A stretch of DNA of 64,000 nt from Mantamonas sphyraenae STR306. Taxonomy: Eukaryota > Protista > CRuMs. The DNA is taken from positions 1 to 64,000 of the forward strand of contig JAPMXV010000007.1 in assembly GCA_026936335.1 (NCBI GenBank), read 5' to 3'. Every line of letters starts with the position of its first letter. The stretch's first letter is position 1. The position numbers were made by a program, and so were the translations under genes. Positions 1 to 7,520 of this stretch are shown here, one piece after another. Under the pieces are notes generated by a model, which ran no database searches, had not been told where the DNA came from, and saw only the letters and a list, made by a program, of their open reading frames with translations.

Positions 1-85
1 CCTAACCCTAACCCTAACCCTAACCCTAACCCTAACCCTAACCCTAACCCTAACCCTAACCCTAACCCTAACCCTAACCCTAACC

Positions 86-126
<41 letters not shown>

Positions 127-154
127 CCCTACCCTAACCCTAACCCTAACCCTA
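1..154. repeat. Telomeric repeat array (CCCTAA)n / (TTAGGG)n, left chromosome end
   Basis: About 25 tandem CCCTAA units from base 1, with variant units (CCCTAAA near 102-108, CCCTA near 127-131) before unique sequence begins at about 155. Confidence 0.99.
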
Positions 155-423
155 TATGCGTTGATTTGTCATTGAAATGATGAGTCCGGTCTACGTAAAT
201 TGAGTTATGTTTGTGTCAGCTGGCGGGGTGGCTGAGTTGGGTGGTGACATGGGGCAGTGGGCAATGGGTGGGAAGGGAAATGTCGCTGGCGAGTGGCCGT
301 CGTTCTGCAACGCCGCGCAGTCAGCCTTGCCCATCCGTCTTCAACCAAAATATCACCAACTCCCACAACTCCCTCCACCAGTTCAACACAATCCACATAC
401 ACTACATTACCACCACCACCACC

Positions 424-3400
424 ATGGACAAAGAATACTCAAACACTCCGAAGCAACAACACACACCCAACACCTACCCAGCGTGCGTTCTGCCTTCCAC
501 TCCGTTTTTTGACTGCCCGCTGCTCCCACTTCTTTGCCTCCTCCATGCTTCCGTCGCTTATCTACACTCCTCTCCTGCATCTCCACTTCCCCATCACTAC
601 CGTTGCTGCCTTCTCCGCTCTTCTCCGATCCCCTCCCCCCTGTCACTGCCCTCTCCGTTGCCAGTTTTCCGGTCTGCCTCCTTCCTCCGCTTTCCCTCTC
701 TGCTCGTTCCAGCCTCCCTTCACCCCCGCTTCTGCTCTGACGGCGTCCATTCCGCCCTCCGCTCACCGTTGCCACCCCGCGTTGCCCCTCCCCGTCTTCC
801 ACACAGCTACGCGTACATGGTCCCTCCCATGGCTGCCCAGCCGTTTCCGAACATGCTGCCCGTTTCTGGCGTACAAAACCCGTACCAGCACCCACAACCA
901 CCCATCATCTGGGTCCCTGTCAACACCCACCCCCAGCAGCACCACGCATATGCTCACCAGGGCCAACCATACTACGCCTACCCTCCTCCGCCGCCTCCTC
1001 AGCCCCGACAAACCGCCCAGATGCATTACGCTCAGCCTCCGTCGCACCCTCAGCCTGCTCAACCCACCACAAACCACAACCGCGTCCCCAAACGTATCAG
1101 CTCTGCGTTTGTCGGCATCACACGGACCACATCCACCACCACAACGTCCTCCTCCTCCCACCAGGCCACACGGCAGACTGGAGACAGCGACGACGACGAC
1201 GCAGACCAGGACACACACACACAAGACACCGGCGACGTGGAGGACCTGATGTTCCCGAACTTCAGCCACCGTGAACCTCGGTCAATCTCCAGCAACTCAG
1301 AGTGGGTGACCAGCTCATGGATGGAGGCGTACGAAGAAGACGGCGGGGCAAACGACGCAATCCAGCAGCACGTTGAGGACGAGTTGGAAACTCAGGGCCC
1401 ACTAAGCTTTGCAGACACTGGCGGTGCCATGGATGAGGAGCATATGCCGCAAGACGACAGCGACGACGACGCAGACGACATGGAACAGGACACGGTTGAA
1501 TGGCAGCCGAGAAGCACAAGTGGAGGCCGCACACGACGTCGCAGAGGCAGAGCCAGCCGTCTCACTGGTTCACACTCGATGAAAGGCGGCGGCCAGCGCA
1601 GGCACAGGGTCACGGCTGGCAGTGGCACCGAGACAGGAACGTCGAGCACACGGGCAAGGAGGGACAAGAACGGAGACACCAGCGCCCGGAAGCAAGCAAG
1701 CGTGAAGAAGACGAACAAGTTGCCAGGTGTTGTTGTGCGCAAAGGATGGACAGGGGGACACAGCGACGAGCGCAGCCACAGCAACAAGAAGGAGCACACA
1801 GCACTGCTGAGGCACATGCACACTCTGGCCAACGAGCATCCCATCGACGGCATCACCGACCTCATGAGCCTGCAGGCGCGTGTTGTGGTCTGCCATTGCA
1901 ACCTGACCACGCTGATCCGACAGATCCAGCTCGCTCTGGGCAACATTCCCCTCTCCCAGGGCGACATGGCCTTCTGCCTCACCTTTCTCGGCCGTTGTAT
2001 GGATCAACATGCGTGCAGATTTGCCATCCGCGACGCTGGTCTGGCCATGGGTGTGACAGAGGATGGGTTGAAGGTGTGCTGGCTGGAGGAGCCACACGAC
2101 CACGGTGACCCCAACTACGCCCTCCTCCACCTCCTCATGACAGAGATGGACACTCTCGGCAGCAGAGTCCATCCCACCACCTGGAAGGAGCACGAGCAGA
2201 CCCATCTGAGGCTGCAGGAAGCACGACGCCCTGCTGACAACGACAGCGACCCACACTGGACACAATGCGACTACGACCACCACCTCACCACCACCAACAC
2301 GGTGGACAAGTGGCATCCCGAGTCTGTGCGCACTGGCTGGAGCAACAAGGCCGACGAGCGTGGCAGCTGCACGGGGCGGGAGTTCCAGACGCTGCTGGCA
2401 CACATGAAGGCACGCGCAGCCAAGCACCCTCGCCATCAGCTCACAAACGAGCTCCAGGCACTGCGTGAGCTGATCAACAATGGTGACCTGAGGTCCTTGT
2501 TGCGACACGTCATCCTGGCGCTGGGCAACGTTGGCGCGCCGCCTGTCGACCTGGCCTTCTTTGTCCGCCTCCTCAGGCCACACCTCACTTACCAGCACGT
2601 TGCCACTGCCATCAGCAACACCCTCACCCGCGGCGTCACCTCCCTCTCCCTCAAGATCGCCTGGCTTGACAACCCCCAACCCAGCGACGCCACACTGCAC
2701 ACCCTCCTCCACACCCTCATCGACCGCATCACACCCCACATCACCACACGCCCCAACACCATCGACGCCGTCAGCAACCTTGACATCCCCGAGCTTGTTC
2801 TTCCCGAGCCCACAGAGGAGGAGAAGGTGGCCGTGGAGGATGGGCTGCCAGATGGCGTTGTGCGCAGTGGCTGGACGCACTGGCGCAAGAGCGAGCGCAG
2901 CCGCAGCAACAAGAAGGAGCACACGGCACTGCTCAACCACATGCACACCCTGGCCAACGAGCATCCCATCGACGACATCCCCGACCTCATGACCCAGCAG
3001 GCGCGTGTTGTGGTCTGCCATGGCACCCTGAACACGCTGATCCGTCAGATCCAGCTCGCTCTGGGCAACATTCCCCTCTCCCAGGGCGACATGGCCTTCT
3101 GCCTCACCCTTCTCGGCCGTAACATGGATCAACATGCGTGCATCCGTGCCATCGACAACGCTGGTTTGGCCATGGGTGTGACAAAGGCTGGGTTGAAGGT
3201 GTGCTGGCTGGAGGAACCACACGACCACGGTGACCCGAACTTTGCCCTCCTCCACCTCCTTATGGCAGAGATGGACACTTTCGGCAAGAGGCCCCATCCC
3301 AACACCTGGAAGGAGCACAAGCAGACCCAGCTGTGGCTGCAGGAAGCACGACGCCCTGCTGACAACGACAGCGACCCACACTGGACACAATGCGACTACG

Positions 3401-3999
3401 ACCACCACCTCGCCACCACCACGGTGAACAAGTGGCATCCTGAGTCTGTGCGCAGTGGCTGGAGCAAGTCCCGGGGTGACGCGACAGACGAACGTGGCAG
3501 CTGCACGGCGCGGGAGTTCCAGACGCTGCTGGCACACATGAAGGCACGCGCAGCCAAGCACCCTCGCCATCAGCACTCACACGAGAACCATGCACTGCGT
3601 GAGCTGATCAACAACGGCAGCCTGAACTCCCTGGTGCGACACATCATCATGGCGCTGGGCAACGTTGGGGTGCCGCCCGTCGACCTGGCCTTCTTTGTCC
3701 GCCTCCTCCGGCCACACCTCACCTACAAGCAGGTTCGACCTGCCATCAAGCTCACCCTCAACCGCGGCGTCACCTCCCTCTCCCTGAAGATCGCCTGGCT
3801 CGACAAACCCAAACCCAGCGACGCCACACTGCACACCCTCCTCCACACCCTCATCGACCGCATCACACCCCACATCTCCACCCGTCCCACCACCTATACA
3901 CTCGTCAACGCCTACCCCATCTCCTCCTTCACCCTGCCCAAGCGCAAAGACCCTTCCTCCTCCACCTCCTCCTCCTCCAAACGCCAACGCCTCGAATGA
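424..3999 (+). CDS. Subtelomeric orphan protein with disordered N-terminus and four copies (A-B-A-B) of an unknown domain
   Basis: Within ORF 211..3999. Likely ATG at 424 (ACC-ATG context). Probable intron 483..806 (GTGCGT...CACAG, pyrimidine-rich, 324 nt, phase-compatible). Internal duplication with period about 1125 nt. Confidence 0.8.
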   Translation: MDKEYSNTPKQQHTPNTYPACVLPSTPFFDCPLLPLLCLLHASVAYLHSSPASPLPHHYRCCLLRSSPIPSPLSLPSPLPVFRSASFLRFPSLLVPASLHPRFCSDGVHSALRSPLPPRVAPPRLPHSYAYMVPPMAAQPFPNMLPVSGVQNPYQHPQPPIIWVPVNTHPQQHHAYAHQGQPYYAYPPPPPPQPRQTAQMHYAQPPSHPQPAQPTTNHNRVPKRISSAFVGITRTTSTTTTSSSSHQATRQTGDSDDDDADQDTHTQDTGDVEDLMFPNFSHREPRSISSNSEWVTSSWMEAYEEDGGANDAIQQHVEDELETQGPLSFADTGGAMDEEHMPQDDSDDDADDMEQDTVEWQPRSTSGGRTRRRRGRASRLTGSHSMKGGGQRRHRVTAGSGTETGTSSTRARRDKNGDTSARKQASVKKTNKLPGVVVRKGWTGGHSDERSHSNKKEHTALLRHMHTLANEHPIDGITDLMSLQARVVVCHCNLTTLIRQIQLALGNIPLSQGDMAFCLTFLGRCMDQHACRFAIRDAGLAMGVTEDGLKVCWLEEPHDHGDPNYALLHLLMTEMDTLGSRVHPTTWKEHEQTHLRLQEARRPADNDSDPHWTQCDYDHHLTTTNTVDKWHPESVRTGWSNKADERGSCTGREFQTLLAHMKARAAKHPRHQLTNELQALRELINNGDLRSLLRHVILALGNVGAPPVDLAFFVRLLRPHLTYQHVATAISNTLTRGVTSLSLKIAWLDNPQPSDATLHTLLHTLIDRITPHITTRPNTIDAVSNLDIPELVLPEPTEEEKVAVEDGLPDGVVRSGWTHWRKSERSRSNKKEHTALLNHMHTLANEHPIDDIPDLMTQQARVVVCHGTLNTLIRQIQLALGNIPLSQGDMAFCLTLLGRNMDQHACIRAIDNAGLAMGVTKAGLKVCWLEEPHDHGDPNFALLHLLMAEMDTFGKRPHPNTWKEHKQTQLWLQEARRPADNDSDPHWTQCDYDHHLATTTVNKWHPESVRSGWSKSRGDATDERGSCTAREFQTLLAHMKARAAKHPRHQHSHENHALRELINNGSLNSLVRHIIMALGNVGVPPVDLAFFVRLLRPHLTYKQVRPAIKLTLNRGVTSLSLKIAWLDKPKPSDATLHTLLHTLIDRITPHISTRPTTYTLVNAYPISSFTLPKRKDPSSSTSSSSKRQRLE
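1720..3900 (+). repeat. Intragenic tandem duplication, two units of about 1125 nt (375 aa)
   Basis: GTGCGC anchor at 1735 and 2860. Long identical stretches such as cagatccagctcgctctgggcaacattcccctctcccagggcgacatggccttctgcctcacc occur in both units. Confidence 0.95.
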
Positions 4000-4016
4000 A
4001 CCACCCCTTCATTCTC

Positions 4017-5819
4017 TCACCCTCCCCTCCCCACCCACGCCAACACCCTCTCCATCACCTCATCCGGCAGTGTCATCCACTCTGCACTCGGTTCATACGC
4101 CTCCATCCCACCACACTCAAACATCACCTCCCTCTCCTCACCATTCATCACCAACGCCACCTCCATCGCCTCATCCACCCCCCTCCACCCAATCCAATGC
4201 CACGCCTTCCTCCACCCAACCTCCCTCACCATCTCCACCGTTCTCATCCTCGGCCTCGCACCCCACTCCCGCAACACGTTCACCACCTTTTCCTGCCCAG
4301 CTTCCATCGCCGCCTCGAGCGCATTCTCTTCATGTGTCCCCACACACGCCTCCACGGGCACCCCCCACTCCCTCTGCCGACCCAACTGCTCCACATCCCC
4401 GCGTCGTGCTGCGTCGACAAACTCGTTTGCCATTTCGCTGTTCCGACGGCACAACTCATCCACTTCGTCGGAAACGGCATCGCTCGTCAATGCCTGGCAG
4501 GATCTGTTCCCCTCCAGCGCCTCCAACAACACCTCCTGTGAGGGTAGCACGGCCTGTTGGCCCAAATGGAGCCTCTGAAAAGTTTCGCTCCCTCGCACCA
4601 ACCTGCCCAATGCGCGAAACCCGTCCTCCCCTAACCTGTTCCACCTCATGTCCAACGTCTGCAGACGAGTTTTCCCCTGCAATGCCTCTACCAGTGCCTC
4701 AGTCCCCGCGTCCTGGATCCACGTTGACTGGAGCGACAACTCACGCAGCGAAGTGTTCTTGGCCAACCCCTCAGCCAGCAATGTCACCCCTGCGTCCAGC
4801 AGCGGGTTTCCAGACATATCCAGCACCTCCAAGGTCTCCGTTCGCTCAATCGCCCACGCCATGGAAGGCATGCAGTATTTCGTTAGGGTCCCGTGCGCCG
4901 TTCGCAGTTCCCGCAGCCTGGACGCCACGATGCCTTCAGACAGCGCATCCACTCCAGCCTCCCCAAAATCGACACCAGACACGTCCAACACCACCAGCGT
5001 GCTGCTCGCGCGCATTGCATTTGCGAGGAATTCGCACGCATAGGCGTCGAATCCCGTCGCCCGTAGAAACAGCTTCTCCACTTCCCACCCTTCCTCGACG
5101 CTCCTCGCAATGGCCTCCACGCCCCTGTTCCCCAACGGGTTGTTCCCTAGATCGACACGCCGCAACTGCGTCAGCTGCGTCCACACCGCACACAGCTCTT
5201 CAACACCCTGCCCAGAAATTTCGTTGTTCCGCAAGGCCAGCGATTCCACACAATCCAGCGACGCCAGAACCTGACACAATTGCTTCATCTCCGAGTTTCC
5301 AATCTTCTGGAAGCTCATTGTGAGCTTCTGCGCCGCGCGTGAGTCTTTACCCGAACCGAACCCACACCCCCCCTCCCACACTTCACTCACCTTCCCTGCG
5401 CTCACCACTTCTCGTTCCACCGCCTCCAAATCTCCCGATCGAAGCAATTTTCCCCACTGCAGCTTCTCCTCCCTTCTTCCTGGCTTGCGACGGCTAATCA
5501 GCGCCAAGCCGTCCACGTCGCCTTTTCGAAAGCACCGATGCCGAAACGTAAGCTCCTCCTCTCTGTCCCTCCAGAATCCATACATGATCAGCTGCCTCAT
5601 GAACGACGAAAAGTTTCCATGTCGATACGTGCCCGGGAGAACCTCCTCAATGAATCTCTCGCGGTCCACAATCCGAAAACCGTCCTTGTCTGGCAACCCA
5701 TCCTCCCACGTCACAATCTCCTCCGTCTCTGGATCATTCACAACATTGTACAGCTTCAGCACAAACTCGCTGGTAGCCTTGTTCTTCTGCATTTCCTTGC
5801 TTCCACCCACGCACGTCAT
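4017..5819 (-). CDS. HSF DNA-binding domain + RI-like leucine-rich repeats + ankyrin repeat + C-terminal F-box-like motif
   Basis: HSF motifs FVLKLYNVVND, RHGNFSSFMRQLIMYGF and FRHRCFRKG. LRRs such as LRRVDLGNNPLGNRG and LEVLDMSGNPLLDAGVTLLAEGL. Ankyrin ALEAAMEAGQEKVVNVLREWGA. Ends WMTLPDEVMERVLAWV. Start is ATG 5819 or 5792; no intron needed. Confidence 0.88.
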   Translation of the reverse strand: MTCVGGSKEMQKNKATSEFVLKLYNVVNDPETEEIVTWEDGLPDKDGFRIVDRERFIEEVLPGTYRHGNFSSFMRQLIMYGFWRDREEELTFRHRCFRKGDVDGLALISRRKPGRREEKLQWGKLLRSGDLEAVEREVVSAGKVSEVWEGGCGFGSGKDSRAAQKLTMSFQKIGNSEMKQLCQVLASLDCVESLALRNNEISGQGVEELCAVWTQLTQLRRVDLGNNPLGNRGVEAIARSVEEGWEVEKLFLRATGFDAYACEFLANAMRASSTLVVLDVSGVDFGEAGVDALSEGIVASRLRELRTAHGTLTKYCMPSMAWAIERTETLEVLDMSGNPLLDAGVTLLAEGLAKNTSLRELSLQSTWIQDAGTEALVEALQGKTRLQTLDMRWNRLGEDGFRALGRLVRGSETFQRLHLGQQAVLPSQEVLLEALEGNRSCQALTSDAVSDEVDELCRRNSEMANEFVDAARRGDVEQLGRQREWGVPVEACVGTHEENALEAAMEAGQEKVVNVLREWGARPRMRTVEMVREVGWRKAWHWIGWRGVDEAMEVALVMNGEEREVMFECGGMEAYEPSAEWMTLPDEVMERVLAWVGRGG

Positions 5820-7394
5820 TCACTTCTCCTTTTTCCCTTCCCCACCCGCGTCATCCCCGTTCTCCCAATCCACAACCAACACCTTCCAACGACGATCCAC
5901 CCGCTCCACACCCGCGACCAGCACATAGTCCCCGACTCCAACGTCAAACTGCTTCCCCCATTCCCTCGGCACCGTCCACCCGACCCACCCCTGCGCCCCG
6001 CCTCGGCTACGCATCCGCATACCACGAGGCACCAACGCCTCGCCACCCTCCACATCGTCTACACACCACACCACCTGCCGTCCACGCCGTCCCGCCGCCA
6101 CGCTCACCACCGGCAGCGCCACTACTCGCGTTTCCAACCCGGAAAACAGCTCCGTTCCCACCATGGCATGCCGTTCTGCCTCCATCCCATCCACCTTCCA
6201 CTCCTCCCTCTCCAACATGCCCACGTTACCGTACGCCACAAACCCCATCCCCAGCTCCTCCTTCACCATGGCTGCCAGCAAGTGCTTTGCCCGCCTTCGC
6301 TCGCCCCACCGCATCCACCACCGCGTGCCCCATGCAAAGCCCCTCTCCTCATCCCTGTGTACAACCCCTGCCTCCCCGCTGTGCATCACCACGCCGGCCA
6401 GTTCTGCTTGACCCGTCTTGAAGACCTGCATCGTCGTCCGCACCACGCTCTCCACGTCCTGCGGCACCTCGCTCATCTCCTTTGCGCCGCCCACTCCCAG
6501 CACGCGCATCATTCCGCCCACTCCCCACACCCGGAACGCCCCGTCCACTTGCAACACCACCCCCAGCCGTTGCTCGCTCCGCTCGCCCCACACCCGGCAC
6601 AGCCACTGCAGATGAGACGCACTCTGCACCAAGAGCAGCACCCTGTGTTGACCCTCCTCCGTCAGCACCCGCAGCCGCTCCACATCCGCCTCCTCCAGCA
6701 CCGCGCCGCACACAAGCACACGCACAGGGCCGCCCACAGCTGCACACAGCCCTTCCGCCTCCGCCACCGTCTCGCACGTTGCCCCAGCACACACGCCGAG
6801 CCTTACAGCCTCTTTCACTATCCGTGCGCTTGCTGCGATGTCCCCATAATGCTGTGTGCACATCCACAGCTTGCTACCCCGCTTTTCCGCCGTTTCCGCA
6901 CATTCCCTCACTCTTTTCTGCACCGTCGGCCAGTGCATCAGCACACGCGCCCCTTGTCCACGCACCTCCTCCTGCCTCTCCCGCGTCATCCTCCACACAC
7001 CTTCCTTGCTCGTCATCACCAGCCCGTCCATCTCCTCCGCGCTGTACGCCTCCGCCTCCGTCCAAAACCTCCACCTCCACCCTCGCTTGCCCACCTTCTT
7101 CCCAACCCCCTCCTTCTCCTTTACCTTCTTCCTCCGCTCAATCACCCTTGCCATCCGCACCCAAACAAACGCCGCCCCCATCGTCAGCACCGCCAGCGGC
7201 ACGCTCACTGCAAACACCATCGTCAACAGCGGCACAGCAGGCAACAACATCTCCATCCCACTCCACACCACAAGTCCCTCCACACCACGGTGCACCACCC
7301 CTACATAGCCGTTCACAGCCTCAATCACGGGCCCTGCATCCAGCAACATCTTGGCCGCATCGGCGCAAAAAGACACCTTCTCATGCAAACGCAT
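5820..7394 (-). CDS. Membrane-anchored, degenerate fold-type III PLP enzyme homolog (alanine racemase / D-serine dehydratase / D-threonine aldolase-like barrel)
   Basis: N-terminal hydrophobic segment, then motifs in the family's order: TCETVAEAEGL, VRVLV, VLLLVQSASHLQWL, GVVLQVDG, LAGVVMHSGEAG. First in-frame ATG is at 7394. Confidence 0.6.
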   Translation of the reverse strand: MRLHEKVSFCADAAKMLLDAGPVIEAVNGYVGVVHRGVEGLVVWSGMEMLLPAVPLLTMVFAVSVPLAVLTMGAAFVWVRMARVIERRKKVKEKEGVGKKVGKRGWRWRFWTEAEAYSAEEMDGLVMTSKEGVWRMTRERQEEVRGQGARVLMHWPTVQKRVRECAETAEKRGSKLWMCTQHYGDIAASARIVKEAVRLGVCAGATCETVAEAEGLCAAVGGPVRVLVCGAVLEEADVERLRVLTEEGQHRVLLLVQSASHLQWLCRVWGERSEQRLGVVLQVDGAFRVWGVGGMMRVLGVGGAKEMSEVPQDVESVVRTTMQVFKTGQAELAGVVMHSGEAGVVHRDEERGFAWGTRWWMRWGERRRAKHLLAAMVKEELGMGFVAYGNVGMLEREEWKVDGMEAERHAMVGTELFSGLETRVVALPVVSVAAGRRGRQVVWCVDDVEGGEALVPRGMRMRSRGGAQGWVGWTVPREWGKQFDVGVGDYVLVAGVERVDRRWKVLVVDWENGDDAGGEGKKEK

Positions 7395-7520
7395 CCACAA
7401 GTCATTGCACCGAGCCACAAGGTGGCCACGTGTGCTCCTCCACTCCCATGCGAGCCCTGCAATGAACAGAGCGCATGAGGCTCGCTCCGCCCACGCCCAA
7501 CACTACTCCCACACATCACC

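Noticed and set aside
176-200. ATGATGAGTCCG...ACGTAAA resembling a hammerhead ribozyme core, as in telomeric Penelope-like elements
   Set aside because: The invariant C of CUGAUGA and the GAAA are both altered, stem II does not pair, and no reverse transcriptase is nearby.
1720-3900. CRISPR-like or repeat-spacer array
   Set aside because: The repeats are long in-frame coding duplications; no short repeat-spacer periodicity was seen anywhere in the window.
424-3999. Telomere-targeted retrotransposon or transposase as the identity of the first gene
   Set aside because: No RT, endonuclease, gag knuckle or DDE motif, and no terminal repeats or poly(A) tail are visible.
5820-5822. Genome-wide TGA reassignment or alternative genetic code
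   Set aside because: Conserved genes (RPB9, RPN7, Spg1, CCDC22, NOP14) end at TGA in the expected place, and others end at TAG or TAA. No in-frame stops remain after splicing.
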